NCBI GenBank assembly: GCA_041659805.1 | Contig: JBAZXP010000001.1 | Coordinates: forward strand, 192,589-256,588 | Length of the DNA stretch: 64,000 nt | Direction: 5' to 3' | Source of the DNA: Microgenomates group bacterium | GTDB taxonomy: Bacteria; Patescibacteriota; Microgenomatia; Daviesbacterales; UBA10151 | In this document: one piece after another, positions 45,207 to 55,619 of the stretch | Position numbering within the stretch: position 1 is the stretch's first letter | How the letters are laid out: each line of letters opens with the position of its first letter | The notes under the pieces: generated by a model | Databases searched by the model: none | Seen by the model: only the letters and a program-made list of their open reading frames with translations | What the model was told of the DNA's origin: nothing | Translations under genes and position numbers: made by a program

Positions 45207-46064
45207 ATGTCGTTTGGTGATAAAATCGATCGAATCCATTCTTTTTCTCTGGGAGATTTTCACGACTTTGATTCGTGTGTTTTTAGATTCTTTGTAAATC
45301 ACCATTTACAAAAAAAATATGAACTGGCAGAAGGTAATGAATCTCAGGCCATTGGAACTCTTTTAGATTTGGCAATTAAAAAAGTGCATATGGCTTCTGC
45401 TTATAACGAATCACCGGAATATCTTGTTAATTTAATTAAGGCAGCCAGAGCGGATATTGAAAATGAAGTATATCTTAGAGGAGGGAATTCTTTTTTTGGG
45501 TGTCTACCGCCACTCTTAACCCCTGAAGTGATTTCAAAAGCACAGGAAATATTCAAAGATTACCTAACTCAAATGAAAGGTCAGATTAAGCCGTTTGTCC
45601 CTACATTTCAGATGAAAAAAGTAAAGCCTTTTTGGTCCAGAGTTATTCAAGCAGAAAAGCCTTTAAAATTATGGGGAGGTCCAGATGCTATAGAAATGAA
45701 TGATATGCCGGAAGTAGCAGATTACAAGTATTTTGAAAATAGTGAAAGAGGAAAAACTTATTTGGATATGGATTTGATGCCCAAAATGTATATACTCCTC
45801 ACGGCCGATGATTTAATTGACTCGGGATTTAACAAGGCAAGATTTATTGCCAGAATATGGAGAGAACCCGGGAACAATGATTTTTATGAAGAATTTGATT
45901 TTTCTCAAATTAAAAATCTGGAGGATTATTTTAAAGATAAAATGGAAAGAATATTAAGGACAAAAGAATTAAGTTTTTGTGAAAAAGAATACTGTAAGGC
46001 ATGTAAAAGTGATTTCCGTGAAGAATGGACTGCAGAACTAAAAGTAAAAGGATTTATAGATTAA
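45207..46064 (+). CDS. Cas4/RecB-like PD-(D/E)xK nuclease with a 1+3 Cys Fe-S cluster pattern
   Basis: N-terminal SLGDFHDFDSCVFRFFVNH, and C-terminal CEKEYCKACKSDF. Confidence 0.5.
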   Translation: MSFGDKIDRIHSFSLGDFHDFDSCVFRFFVNHHLQKKYELAEGNESQAIGTLLDLAIKKVHMASAYNESPEYLVNLIKAARADIENEVYLRGGNSFFGCLPPLLTPEVISKAQEIFKDYLTQMKGQIKPFVPTFQMKKVKPFWSRVIQAEKPLKLWGGPDAIEMNDMPEVADYKYFENSERGKTYLDMDLMPKMYILLTADDLIDSGFNKARFIARIWREPGNNDFYEEFDFSQIKNLEDYFKDKMERILRTKELSFCEKEYCKACKSDFREEWTAELKVKGFID

Positions 46065-46628
46065 TTATTGTAAATGTACCTCAGCTAAAGTGTTTTGTTT
46101 ATGAAATCCTTCTTCCGGGATTGATTCAAATAGTTTAATAGAAGTGATTTGAACTGGTCCGAAATCTTCTTTGACTGCAATTTCTTGTAATAATGCTTCT
46201 TGTTTGATGGATAAATCATAACTGCTGTTTATTTTACCCATAGCGATATGAGGAATATATCTTCTTTCATCCATATAAAGACCAAGCTCCACAAAGCCAT
46301 CTTTTATTCTTTCACGGAGTACAAATAATTTATCGATATCTCCTTTAACTCCGGCCCACAAAGTATGGGGATGATGGATATTGGGAAAACCATCAATATA
46401 GGCAGGGATAATTTGGAAGGGACTGATTCCTAAAACAGCCTTATTAATTACTTTTTTGAAATCTTCAACAAAATTATCCGGTTGCTCTCCGATAAAGGCG
46501 ATGGTTAGATGTAGTTCGTTCGGATCAGTCAAATGCACCTCAGGGATAATATCTTTTAACTTTTGCTGGACAATTTTTAAGCTTTGACGGCTTTGATTAG
46601 GAATTTCCAAGGCAATGAAGAACCTCAT
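46065..46628 (-). CDS. thpR: RNA 2',3'-cyclic phosphodiesterase (2H family, LigT/ThpR)
   Basis: Two H-x-T/S-x motifs: HLTIAF and HIAMGK. Confidence 0.8.
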   Translation of the reverse strand: MRFFIALEIPNQSRQSLKIVQQKLKDIIPEVHLTDPNELHLTIAFIGEQPDNFVEDFKKVINKAVLGISPFQIIPAYIDGFPNIHHPHTLWAGVKGDIDKLFVLRERIKDGFVELGLYMDERRYIPHIAMGKINSSYDLSIKQEALLQEIAVKEDFGPVQITSIKLFESIPEEGFHKQNTLAEVHLQ

Positions 46629-46641
46629 GTAACTTATTATA

Positions 46642-48510
46642 CTATTGTTTTGTTCCGACCTTAATTACTTTTTGCCAAGGACGGAAGTTTGATCTGATTA
46701 TTTCATCAACTAAAGTTTCGCCATTTCTTATAACCGTTCTTTTGAACTGAACATTCATCCCCCAAATTGAATGCTCTGTTTCCTGCTCTACCCCTATTGG
46801 CAAATTTGGATCATCTTGTCTGAGTTCCGGTGGTGGGGCAGTTTGGCTTAAAATAACAGGCTTTTCAATAGTTGTGATCCTTCCGTCAGAAGTTCCATAA
46901 ATCTTATAGGTAAGGGTAGTGCCAACCATATAGTTTTGAATTAAGATATATGAACCAGTATCGTTTTTAACCTTAAGATCAACATATGGGGGATAGACTG
47001 TGGCATCTATTCCTGGAGGGGATCCTCCTTGTTCGTAAAATCCAACTCGGTAAGCATGGGCATGTCTTTCAACAATTGGGAGTCCTGCATTTAAGGCAGC
47101 GCGGAAAAGAGTTGTGGAAACCTGACAGACTCCACCACCATCATCCAGCACAGTTTTTCCCTCTTTGATAACATATGCTTGTTTATAGCCGGTTGCAGCA
47201 GTAACTTCTCCCAGATATTGATCAAAAGAAAAAATTTCACCGGGAGGAACTAAAATACCATTAATCCTTGTGGAAGCCAGACCGATATTAAAAACTCTGT
47301 TAGGAATGGAATCCACGAAGCTTGAGGTACCTGTTCCTAGCAATTCTTTTATACCGTAGCTATTAACCTCATTGGTAGTATTTTTAGGATAAGTGGTGTC
47401 AACAGGGAGAGGGATATTGGTTGCGGTATCGTCAATAACAGCTTTGGAAACAAGCCCAGAGGCTTTAGAAATATTTAATTGCTGTCCTGGTTGGCCAGGT
47501 TCAAACTCGGTAACCCTGATAGCACCTTCATCAAAAATAAATTTTGCTTCTTTTAAAGGCTGATCAATTGTTTTGGCAATATTCTTTAGATATACATTTA
47601 GGAGATCAGGATCAAGTAGTAGTTGGCTGTCAGAAAAAGTAGTTTGACCGAAATTAATACCCTCTATAGAAAATGTTTGATTTCCATCTTCATAAGACAA
47701 AAGTTCAGTTTTAGTTTTATCAAAATCCAAAAGGCTGTATAGGGTAGCTTGGTCGATAGTCCAGGAATTATCTTTAAAGACAAGTTTGATCGGAGATGTT
47801 TTTACGCGGTCGAGAGCTTTTTTGTATTTCTCTGCTTTGGATGTTGTGAGACTTGGTGAAAGTGGCTTAACCATAACCACTTTTGGTGGAAGATAATTTT
47901 GAATAAGATAATTTTCTATGGCAGATAAAAGCTTTTTGTCATCAACCTCGATTCCGTTTTGGGAAGGTGTAATTGTAATGGTGTCTGCAAAAACGATTTG
48001 TGCAGGGATAGCCTCTTTTTTAATTTGTTGATTAATGGCTGATATTTGGGATAGAAGCAGGGATTTATTTTTAAACTTTAACTGCGGAATAAAGTTCTGT
48101 CCTACAAGAAGAAGTTTTGCTTGGGTTTCCAGATCAATAAAAACATTCCCTGATCTGCCGGCAAGTGCAGCCTTGGTGATAGTCTCGTCTAGATTCGCGT
48201 CCGGCAGAGCAGATTCTAAATTAATATTAAAAGTTTGATCTAAGTAATGAAGTTCAAGGGTTGATTTGCTCCTTTTTTTAAACTCTGCGTTTAAATTGTT
48301 GCCGGACATAGCTACATTTTGCCCTGTTACATTAATTCCGGCGATTTTTACTCCAGGAAAAAACTTGTCCTTATAAAAACTAACAAAGAAAAAATAGGAA
48401 AGTAGAACCAAAGAAATAGCAATAAAGACAACTGACAATATAAATCTGAGCTTGCGGTAGAACTTTTTCATAGTAAACCAAATTTTAATGGTATTTGATT
48501 GTATAATCAA
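46642..48510 (-). CDS. VanW-family protein with an N-terminal TM helix
   Basis: VLDDGGGVCQVSTTLFRAALNAGLPIVERHAH and IDATVY. Confidence 0.7.
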   Translation of the reverse strand: MIIQSNTIKIWFTMKKFYRKLRFILSVVFIAISLVLLSYFFFVSFYKDKFFPGVKIAGINVTGQNVAMSGNNLNAEFKKRSKSTLELHYLDQTFNINLESALPDANLDETITKAALAGRSGNVFIDLETQAKLLLVGQNFIPQLKFKNKSLLLSQISAINQQIKKEAIPAQIVFADTITITPSQNGIEVDDKKLLSAIENYLIQNYLPPKVVMVKPLSPSLTTSKAEKYKKALDRVKTSPIKLVFKDNSWTIDQATLYSLLDFDKTKTELLSYEDGNQTFSIEGINFGQTTFSDSQLLLDPDLLNVYLKNIAKTIDQPLKEAKFIFDEGAIRVTEFEPGQPGQQLNISKASGLVSKAVIDDTATNIPLPVDTTYPKNTTNEVNSYGIKELLGTGTSSFVDSIPNRVFNIGLASTRINGILVPPGEIFSFDQYLGEVTAATGYKQAYVIKEGKTVLDDGGGVCQVSTTLFRAALNAGLPIVERHAHAYRVGFYEQGGSPPGIDATVYPPYVDLKVKNDTGSYILIQNYMVGTTLTYKIYGTSDGRITTIEKPVILSQTAPPPELRQDDPNLPIGVEQETEHSIWGMNVQFKRTVIRNGETLVDEIIRSNFRPWQKVIKVGTKQ

Positions 48511-48513
48511 TGT

Positions 48514-49830
48514 ATGAGGAATTTAATTATTATCGTTATTGTTGTTGCGCTTATCGCCGGTATTATATTTTGGCGTTTCGGAGATGCGATAATGAACTCG
48601 GTTAATAAACCAAATCCTGAGAATGAGCAAGTCATATTAACCTGGTGGGGGCTTTTTGATGAAGAGCAGGTATATCGGACTGTGATTGCTACATACGAAC
48701 AAGACCATCCTAACGTAAAAATTGTTTATTCCAAGGAGTCAACCTTAAATTACCGTCCAAGACTTCAGACTCAGTTAAGAGCCGGGCAAGGCCCGGATAT
48801 TTTTATGATCCATTCGTCATGGGTGCCGATGTTTGCAGGTGATTTGGCTGCTGCACCGGAAACTATTTTCCCCACTAATTCTTTTGTCACTGCTTACTAT
48901 CCTATTGTTAAAGATAATTTAGTTGTTGCAAATAGAGTTTATGGAATTCCGATGGAGGTTGATGGATTGGGAATGTATTACAACGAAGATATATTAAGGT
49001 TTGCCGGAGTAGATGTGCCTAAAACCTGGCAGCAATTTTTGGATGCTGCAAGAAAACTGACTGTTAAAAATGACAAAGGTCAAATTCAAACAGCCGGCGC
49101 ATCCCTCGGGACAGCTTCCAATGTTGATGATTGGCCGGAAATCTTAGGATTACTTTTTTTACAACAACCGAGCACCTCTTTAGCGTCCCCCGGATCTAAA
49201 GGAGGAGTAGACGTCATCCGTTTTTATACCAGTTTCATTATTGATCCGCAAAATAAAACCTGGGATGTAACTCTGCCTAACTCTACTCAAATGTTTATTG
49301 ACGGAAAATTGGCTTTTTACTTTGCTGATTCAAAAAAAGCAGCCGAAATTCAAAGTGCAAATCCTAATTTAAAATTTAAGGTCGCACCTGTGCCGCAACT
49401 CCCGGGAGGAGAAACTAACTGGGGCGGGTTTTGGGATTACTCGGTTTCTACCAAACAAACATACACAGAAGCCTGGAAATTCTTACAATATTTATCTACA
49501 CCTCAGGCAATGCAGGTTTTATATCAGCAAAAAACACAAAATCAATTGGTAGGAGACGCTTTCCCAAGGCGGGATATGGCAGATTTACTTGTTAATGATC
49601 CTATTCTGGGAGCATATGTTTCTGAAGCTCCAACAATGAAGGGTTGGTTTTTAAATTCTAAAATAAAGGATGCAGGAATAAATGATGAAGTAATTTCTTT
49701 ATACGGAAAAGCCGTGAATGATGTACTCTCAGGATCCTCTCCAGAACAAGCTTTACAGGGAATGGATGTAAAGATAAAAGTAATTATCGATAAATATACC
49801 AAAGCCCCAACCCCTACAATAAAGAAATGA
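48514..49830 (+). CDS. ABC transporter extracellular solute-binding protein (sugar-type)
   Basis: N-terminal anchor and the typical SBP family 1 length and motifs. Confidence 0.65.
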   Translation: MRNLIIIVIVVALIAGIIFWRFGDAIMNSVNKPNPENEQVILTWWGLFDEEQVYRTVIATYEQDHPNVKIVYSKESTLNYRPRLQTQLRAGQGPDIFMIHSSWVPMFAGDLAAAPETIFPTNSFVTAYYPIVKDNLVVANRVYGIPMEVDGLGMYYNEDILRFAGVDVPKTWQQFLDAARKLTVKNDKGQIQTAGASLGTASNVDDWPEILGLLFLQQPSTSLASPGSKGGVDVIRFYTSFIIDPQNKTWDVTLPNSTQMFIDGKLAFYFADSKKAAEIQSANPNLKFKVAPVPQLPGGETNWGGFWDYSVSTKQTYTEAWKFLQYLSTPQAMQVLYQQKTQNQLVGDAFPRRDMADLLVNDPILGAYVSEAPTMKGWFLNSKIKDAGINDEVISLYGKAVNDVLSGSSPEQALQGMDVKIKVIIDKYTKAPTPTIKK

Positions 49831-49867
49831 AAAATGCTTTGATTTTACATGTAAAATATACCTAAAG

Positions 49868-50518
49868 ATGGAAAAAAATATTTTTGTGTTTGGAGCTAGT
49901 ACCACCCATGGATATTGGGATATAGAAGGTGGTTGGGTGGCAAGACTCAGAAAAGCTGTTGATCAAAAGGTTTTAGCAACTAATTTTGAATTTTATTGCT
50001 CAGTTTATGAATTAGGAGTGTCTGGAGATGATTCTGGGGATATCTTGGCCAGATTTGAATTTGAAGCCACTAAAAGAATGTGGCCAGGGGACGAAGTAAT
50101 CTTTATTTTTTCAGCAGCGATTAATGATGCCATTGTGAATATAGATGATGGAAGTCTTAAATGCCCGCCTGAAAAATATAAGGAAAATGTTAAAGAATTA
50201 ATCAAGTTAGCTAAAAAGTACTCACAAAAAATTATTTTTGTTGGAACATTACCAGTAGATGAAGAAAAAGTTGATCCGATCCCCTGGCTAGAAGGTCATG
50301 CTTATCGAAACCAACTAATTGGGGAATATAACAAAACGACCGAAGATATTTGCAAAGAAAATGATATTCCTTTTATTAAGGTCTTTGAGGATTTTATTCA
50401 TGGAGATTATAAAAAAATTCTAGAGGATGGCGTTCACCCAAACACAGAAGGGCATAAGATTGTTTTTGAAAAAGTAAGAGATTATTTAATTGAGCACCAA
50501 ATCATTGATTTAACGTGA
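49868..50518 (+). CDS. SGNH/GDSL hydrolase
   Basis: FVFGASTTHGYWD block I (catalytic Ser in GAST), GVSGDD block II, and DGVHP block V. Confidence 0.7.
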   Translation: MEKNIFVFGASTTHGYWDIEGGWVARLRKAVDQKVLATNFEFYCSVYELGVSGDDSGDILARFEFEATKRMWPGDEVIFIFSAAINDAIVNIDDGSLKCPPEKYKENVKELIKLAKKYSQKIIFVGTLPVDEEKVDPIPWLEGHAYRNQLIGEYNKTTEDICKENDIPFIKVFEDFIHGDYKKILEDGVHPNTEGHKIVFEKVRDYLIEHQIIDLT

Positions 50519-51446
50519 GTAGAGGGAGATTGACGAGTTGAACTTCCGGTTCCAGAGTAACTCCAAATTTTTCTTTAACATCTTTGATTAAGTCTTTAGC
50601 AAGTTCAGTAAAATCTGAAGCTTTGCCATGGCCTGTATTGATGATTAAATTGGCATGAGCATCAGATACCTGCACGTCTCCAACTTTTTTTCCTTTGGCA
50701 TTAACGCTTTCAAGTAAATATCCTGCAGTTACTTTTCCGTGAACAATTTTATCTTCCGGGATTAGTTTTAAAGCAGTTTCAGGCATTTTTTCAATTGGAA
50801 TATTTTTGAAAAAAGAACCAGGGCTTTTCCCTTGCCCATATTTTAAAGCAGAACGCTTCTTCAAAACATCTTTCACTTGTGCCTCCAAGGCCTGGCCCTG
50901 GAGCTTCACTAGCTTAAAGTGGGCTTCTAAAATAATGTAGTTATTTTTTTTAAAAATAGAATCACGATAATCGAATTTGCATTGCTTATTCATAAAACTA
51001 ATAACTGCTTTTTTCTCTGGGTCAAAACAAACTACTCTGGTAATATTATCTCCAACTGCTGTTCCGTATGCTCCTGCATTTCCATATATTGCTCCACCAA
51101 CAGTACCAGGAATTCCAGCTAGTTTTTCCAGACCAGATAAATTTTGTTTCACTGTGGTAGTAATTAATTGAGAAAGCAAAGTACCAGAACCCACTTTAAT
51201 AATTTGTCTAAAACCAACAATGCTCTTGATATTATTTTTTATTACCAGTCCTGGAAAACCTTTATCAGCAATTAAAATATTACTGCCTGCGCCCATTATT
51301 AAATAAGGTAGTTTTTTGTTAGTTGCCCATTTTACAGCCTCCATCATTTTTTCAGCTGTTTTAGCTTCATAAAAATATTTTGCTGGCCCTCCGACACCGG
51401 ATGTGGTGAGCCCATCTAAAGCAATGTTCTTTTTTGGTTTAATCAT
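50502..51446 (-). CDS. murB: UDP-N-acetylenolpyruvoylglucosamine reductase
   Basis: FAD-binding GGPAKYF and IMGAGSNIL motifs. Confidence 0.85.
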   Translation of the reverse strand: MIKPKKNIALDGLTTSGVGGPAKYFYEAKTAEKMMEAVKWATNKKLPYLIMGAGSNILIADKGFPGLVIKNNIKSIVGFRQIIKVGSGTLLSQLITTTVKQNLSGLEKLAGIPGTVGGAIYGNAGAYGTAVGDNITRVVCFDPEKKAVISFMNKQCKFDYRDSIFKKNNYIILEAHFKLVKLQGQALEAQVKDVLKKRSALKYGQGKSPGSFFKNIPIEKMPETALKLIPEDKIVHGKVTAGYLLESVNAKGKKVGDVQVSDAHANLIINTGHGKASDFTELAKDLIKDVKEKFGVTLEPEVQLVNLPLLTLNQ

Positions 51447-51560
51447 AAAATGAATTATACATTATTTTCACGAGCTTGACTCTTGACAATAAAAAAAATC
51501 ATGATTAAAATAGCGAAGCAGTTAATGGATTGCTAGAACTATAAGGTTTTAAACAAAAAT

Positions 51561-51899
51561 ATGGGACGAACATCTAAAACGCAAACAGAAAAAGCCCCTG
51601 CCACCCAATCAGTAAAACCCCTTATGGGCTATGTATTAGTAGAGCCATCAGAAGCAGAAACAAAAACCTTATCCGGTATAATCCTCCCGGAATCAGTCCA
51701 AGAAAAACCAGCGGGTATGGGAAAAGTGATATCATTAGGCGCAGATTTAATGATGGGTGACGGAAAAGTAATGGCTTGTCCGGTTTCTGTTGGTGATAAA
51801 GTTTATTTTAAAAAATGGGGTGGAGATGAAATTAAAATTAATGGTCATGAACTAAAGCTGGTTAAGTTTGATGACTTAATAGCAATAGTGGAGGGATAA
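51561..51899 (+). CDS. groES: co-chaperonin GroES
   Basis: KPLMGYVLVEPSEAETKTLSGIILPES. Confidence 0.9.
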   Translation: MGRTSKTQTEKAPATQSVKPLMGYVLVEPSEAETKTLSGIILPESVQEKPAGMGKVISLGADLMMGDGKVMACPVSVGDKVYFKKWGGDEIKINGHELKLVKFDDLIAIVEG

Positions 51900-51927
51900 G
51901 CAAAGCTTGCGAGCTGCGCTCTAAAAT

Positions 51928-52194
51928 ATGGCAGAAATTAAAAACAGTAAAACAGAGGCGGTAGCAGAAACTGTATTAAATGAAAGTCAATTTAGTGAAA
52001 TTACTGAAGATATAAAAGGTGCATTGGATCATCTTAATTTTGGTCCTCATTTTGAAGGCGATTTTGCCAGAGAAGAGAACGAAAGGTTCAAGGAAATGCT
52101 ATACGCATATCAGGCAGGTATAGCAGTTGGAATGGGTAAAAGAAAACCATTAGAGATTACAGAAGGTGGTCGTTTAAAAACACACGGTATTTAA
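51928..52194 (+). CDS. small acidic protein of unknown function inserted between groES and groEL
   Basis: 88-aa ORF that fits exactly in the intergenic gap. Confidence 0.4.
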   Translation: MAEIKNSKTEAVAETVLNESQFSEITEDIKGALDHLNFGPHFEGDFAREENERFKEMLYAYQAGIAVGMGKRKPLEITEGGRLKTHGI

Positions 52195-52204
52195 TAAGGA
52201 AAAT

Positions 52205-53836
52205 ATGGCTAAAATTTTAAAATTTGATTCTGAAGCAAGAGAAAAATTACTTAAAGGGGTTAATATCCTGACAGAAGCTGTGGCTTCAACTTTGGGCCCA
52301 AAAGGCAGAAATGTTGCCATAGACAAAAAATGGGGATCTCCAAATGTGGTGCATGATGGAGTAACTGTGGCTAAAGAAATTGAGTTAGAAGATCCTTTTG
52401 AAAATATGGGAGCACAACTGATTAAAGAAGCAGCTTCTAAAACCAATGATGTGGCAGGAGATGGAACCACCACTGTTACTATTTTAACCCAGGCAATTGT
52501 TGCTGAAGGCTTAAAAAATATTCAAGCCGGAGCAAATCCAATGATGTTACGTCGTGGTATTGAAATTGCAACTTCTGCTGTTGTTGCAGAACTTGCCAAG
52601 ATGAGTAAAAAATTAACTACAGCTGAGGAAATTACTCAAGTAGCTACTATTTCTGCACAAAATGATGAAATTGGAAAATTAATTTCCGAAGCCATTAATA
52701 AAGTAGGTAAAGATGGAGTGGTAACAGTAGAAGAAGGAAAAACCATGGCTATGGGTGTTGATTATAAAGAAGGTATGGAATTTGATAAAGGTTATGCTTC
52801 TGCTTATTTTGTCTCTGATTCAGACCGCATGGAAGCCACAATAGAAGACGCCTATATTTTAATTACAGATAAAAAAATCTCCAGTATGCAGGAACTTTTA
52901 CCTTTCCTGGAAAAATTTGTGGCTGTCAGTAAAAATCTGGTTTTAATTGCTGATGAAATTGATGGTGAAGCTTTAGCTACTTTGGTGATTAATAAAATGC
53001 GGGGAGTATTTAATATTTTGGCAGTAACTGCTCCTGGATTTGGGGATAGAAGAAAGCAAATGTTGGAAGATATAGCAATTTTAACCGGTGGTAATGTAAT
53101 TTCTGCAGATACTGGTCAAAAATTTGAATCAGTTGAAGTAACAGATTTAGGAAGATGTGGAAGGGTTACAGCAACTAAAGACAGTACTTTGATTGTTGAT
53201 GGTAAAGGCTCTAAGTCAGCTATTTCTGCCAGAATCACTCAAATCAGAAAAGAAGTAGAAGCTTCAGATTCAGAATTTGATAAAGAAAAATTAGCAGAAA
53301 GACTAGCAAAACTGACAGGTGGAGTGGCAGTAATTAATGTTGGGGCTGTAACAGAAATAGAAATGAAAGAGAAAAAAGAGAGAGTGATTGATGCAGTGGC
53401 TGCAACTAAAGCTGCAATAGAAGAAGGAATAGTACCAGGTGGAGAAATTGCTTTAATCAGAGCAGGTAAAGTATTAGATAATATTAAAGCTGAAGGGGAA
53501 GAACTACTTGGAATTATGATTGTTAAAAAAGCGCTTGATAAACCATTCAGAAGATTGGTGGCAAATGCAGGACTGGATGAAGGAGTATCTTTATCTAAAA
53601 TAATTGACGCAAAAGAAAATGAAGGTATAGATGTTGTTGATGGAGTTGTTAAAGACTTAGTTAAAGCTGGAATTATTGATCCTGTAAAAGTAACCAGATC
53701 AGTGTTGCAAAATGGAGCATCCGTTGCCACTATGATTATGACAACCCAGGTTTTAATTACTGATAAACCAGAACCAACTCCTCCAGCTCCTCCTATGCCG
53801 GGTGGCATGTCAGGGATGGGTGGTATGGATTATTAA
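52205..53836 (+). CDS. groL: chaperonin GroEL
   Basis: [25 protein letters not shown]...GDGTTT, with a C-terminal GGM repeat. Confidence 0.95.
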   Translation: MAKILKFDSEAREKLLKGVNILTEAVASTLGPKGRNVAIDKKWGSPNVVHDGVTVAKEIELEDPFENMGAQLIKEAASKTNDVAGDGTTTVTILTQAIVAEGLKNIQAGANPMMLRRGIEIATSAVVAELAKMSKKLTTAEEITQVATISAQNDEIGKLISEAINKVGKDGVVTVEEGKTMAMGVDYKEGMEFDKGYASAYFVSDSDRMEATIEDAYILITDKKISSMQELLPFLEKFVAVSKNLVLIADEIDGEALATLVINKMRGVFNILAVTAPGFGDRRKQMLEDIAILTGGNVISADTGQKFESVEVTDLGRCGRVTATKDSTLIVDGKGSKSAISARITQIRKEVEASDSEFDKEKLAERLAKLTGGVAVINVGAVTEIEMKEKKERVIDAVAATKAAIEEGIVPGGEIALIRAGKVLDNIKAEGEELLGIMIVKKALDKPFRRLVANAGLDEGVSLSKIIDAKENEGIDVVDGVVKDLVKAGIIDPVKVTRSVLQNGASVATMIMTTQVLITDKPEPTPPAPPMPGGMSGMGGMDY

Positions 53837-54190
53837 ATGATTGAACAAAAAACCTCTGGTGCCTCATATAAGGATCTTCAGAAAGCGACTTTAGCTGTAG
53901 TAACAAAATGCGTTTTTAATATTCCGGATAAAAAGACTGCAAAAAGATTATCTTTACGGTATTTTGTTAAAAAGTTAGCACATGATGAGATGGCAACGCC
54001 AAGAAGTAGAGATCATTTAAGAAGCCTAAGAGAATTAAGAAATGAAGCTTATAGAGGTGAATTTGAGAATGTAGTACCTCATTTTGAACAAATTTACAAA
54101 GAAAAAAACCCGGATTGGCGTAACCCTGAAGATACAGTTGAAAGAGGAATAGGTATAGCATTTCGTAATTTGGCTCAAGCATTATCCTAA
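53837..54190 (+). CDS. hypothetical protein
   Basis: 117-aa ORF directly after groEL. Confidence 0.45.
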   Translation: MIEQKTSGASYKDLQKATLAVVTKCVFNIPDKKTAKRLSLRYFVKKLAHDEMATPRSRDHLRSLRELRNEAYRGEFENVVPHFEQIYKEKNPDWRNPEDTVERGIGIAFRNLAQALS

Positions 54191-54233
54191 AAATTTCACG
54201 CACTATTTTGTCAGATATAGTATTATTAAATCA

Positions 54234-54836
54234 ATGGCTAAGAAAGTGCATTATCAGGAAGCAATAACAGAAAAAGAAAAAAAGGCTTTTGAAAAATTCC
54301 TGGCAGAAGATGAAGAGCTAATTGTGGCAACAGGTTTTGGATCTGTCTACCTTAGATCTTTGTTTATGCAGTTTATAGTGTGGCCAGGTGTGGTTTTTTG
54401 GATTTTGGGATTAGCTTTTGCCTATTTTTCGCAATATAACTTAGGTTACGGACTTCTTTTAGGCCTTGTGCTTTCAATACTTGTTGCTTTTTTGAAAACC
54501 ACCCATGCGTATCATGCTAACCGCTACTTACTTACTACTAGAAGAGTGGTTATCAAAAAAGGATTATTTGCTGTAGAGTTAACAACTGCTCTTTATGACA
54601 AAATTACCCACATTGAAGTAATTCAATCATTTGTGGATAAGCTTCTTTATCATCATGGGAGTATTATTGTAAACACTGCCGGGACGAACAAAGGGGAGAT
54701 TGTTTTAAAATATGTGGATTTCCCTGTTGAATTTAAAAACCTGATGGAAAGAATGATCAACCGTGAACGTGAACAATATGGGGGACATACAGCTTCAATT
54801 ACGACAATAGAAGGTCAATTAGTTGAAGAAGATTAA
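54234..54836 (+). CDS. membrane protein with a bacterial PH domain (YdbS/YdbT-like)
   Basis: Two TM helices, then RRVVIKKGLFAVELTTALYDKITHIEV. Confidence 0.6.
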   Translation: MAKKVHYQEAITEKEKKAFEKFLAEDEELIVATGFGSVYLRSLFMQFIVWPGVVFWILGLAFAYFSQYNLGYGLLLGLVLSILVAFLKTTHAYHANRYLLTTRRVVIKKGLFAVELTTALYDKITHIEVIQSFVDKLLYHHGSIIVNTAGTNKGEIVLKYVDFPVEFKNLMERMINREREQYGGHTASITTIEGQLVEED

Positions 54837-55549
54837 CTGGTTTTTTGAGTATTTACCTGGATTTGTTTAGCATAGGTTGGAAAATCAGGAATGTTTGGCA
54901 AAATATTGGCAGGATTGATATATTTATTATCTTTCATAATTTCCAAATGGGTATGAGGTCCGGTAGTACGCCCGGTTAAACCAACCTGTCCTAAGATTGA
55001 CTCTTTGGTCACCAAATCTCCGGATTTTGCGAATATTTTACCCATATGGCTGTAGGTAGATTTATAGCCTAATTCATGCTCAACAGTGACCTGATTTCCG
55101 TAACCAAAAAAACCATATTTAACGTCGGTTATTTTCCCCTTTAAAATAGGGTGGATAGGCATTCCTAAGCCTATGGCGATATCAACCCCTGGGTGCCAGA
55201 CAGAATAGGTGGTAGTAAGATAACCTGGGTGTGGGAGGGTAAAGGCTTCGGATAAAGTACCTGGTTGAATCTGTTGATCCTGAGAAAAATCTGCTTTAAC
55301 TATTGATTTTTGAATAGGAGGGATAGCCAGGACTGGTTGATATCCGGAAAAGAAAAGCGCAATCATAATCATAAACGCAAACTTTGATGCGAATGACGGC
55401 TTAAAAAATATTGGTAGCTTTCTGTAACCCCTTTTTAACTTTAAAAGCTGATGTTGGGAGATTAGATGATTTAGGCCAAGCCCTTCATTTAATCTCTTAG
55501 GCAAAGTTTTTCGATATAATCGAAAATTCATATCTTTCGCGCAATGCAC
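54833..55549 (-). CDS. M23-family metallopeptidase
   Basis: HPGVDIAIGLGMPIHPILKGKI and GPHTHLEI. Confidence 0.8.
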   Translation of the reverse strand: MHCAKDMNFRLYRKTLPKRLNEGLGLNHLISQHQLLKLKRGYRKLPIFFKPSFASKFAFMIMIALFFSGYQPVLAIPPIQKSIVKADFSQDQQIQPGTLSEAFTLPHPGYLTTTYSVWHPGVDIAIGLGMPIHPILKGKITDVKYGFFGYGNQVTVEHELGYKSTYSHMGKIFAKSGDLVTKESILGQVGLTGRTTGPHTHLEIMKDNKYINPANILPNIPDFPTYAKQIQVNTQKTS

Positions 55550-55619
55550 GAAGTGTAAATTATACCTGAGTTAGGCTCAAAAAGCAAATCTAGGTGCCCT
55601 GATGATATATAATTGAGGA

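Noticed and set aside
44976-45305. Overlapping small ORFs (minus 109 aa, plus 68 aa) between tsaD and the Cas4-like gene
   Set aside because: They are mutually exclusive, short, and lack an RBS or motif. The region 44939..45206 is more likely intergenic, and I could not support either ORF.
48499-48513. The longest-ORF start of the solute-binding protein at 48499
   Set aside because: It overlaps the upstream VanW-like gene end. The internal ATG at 48514, directly before the hydrophobic anchor, is more plausible. Either choice is possible.
53239-53808. Minus-strand 189-aa ORF
   Set aside because: It lies antisense within groEL.
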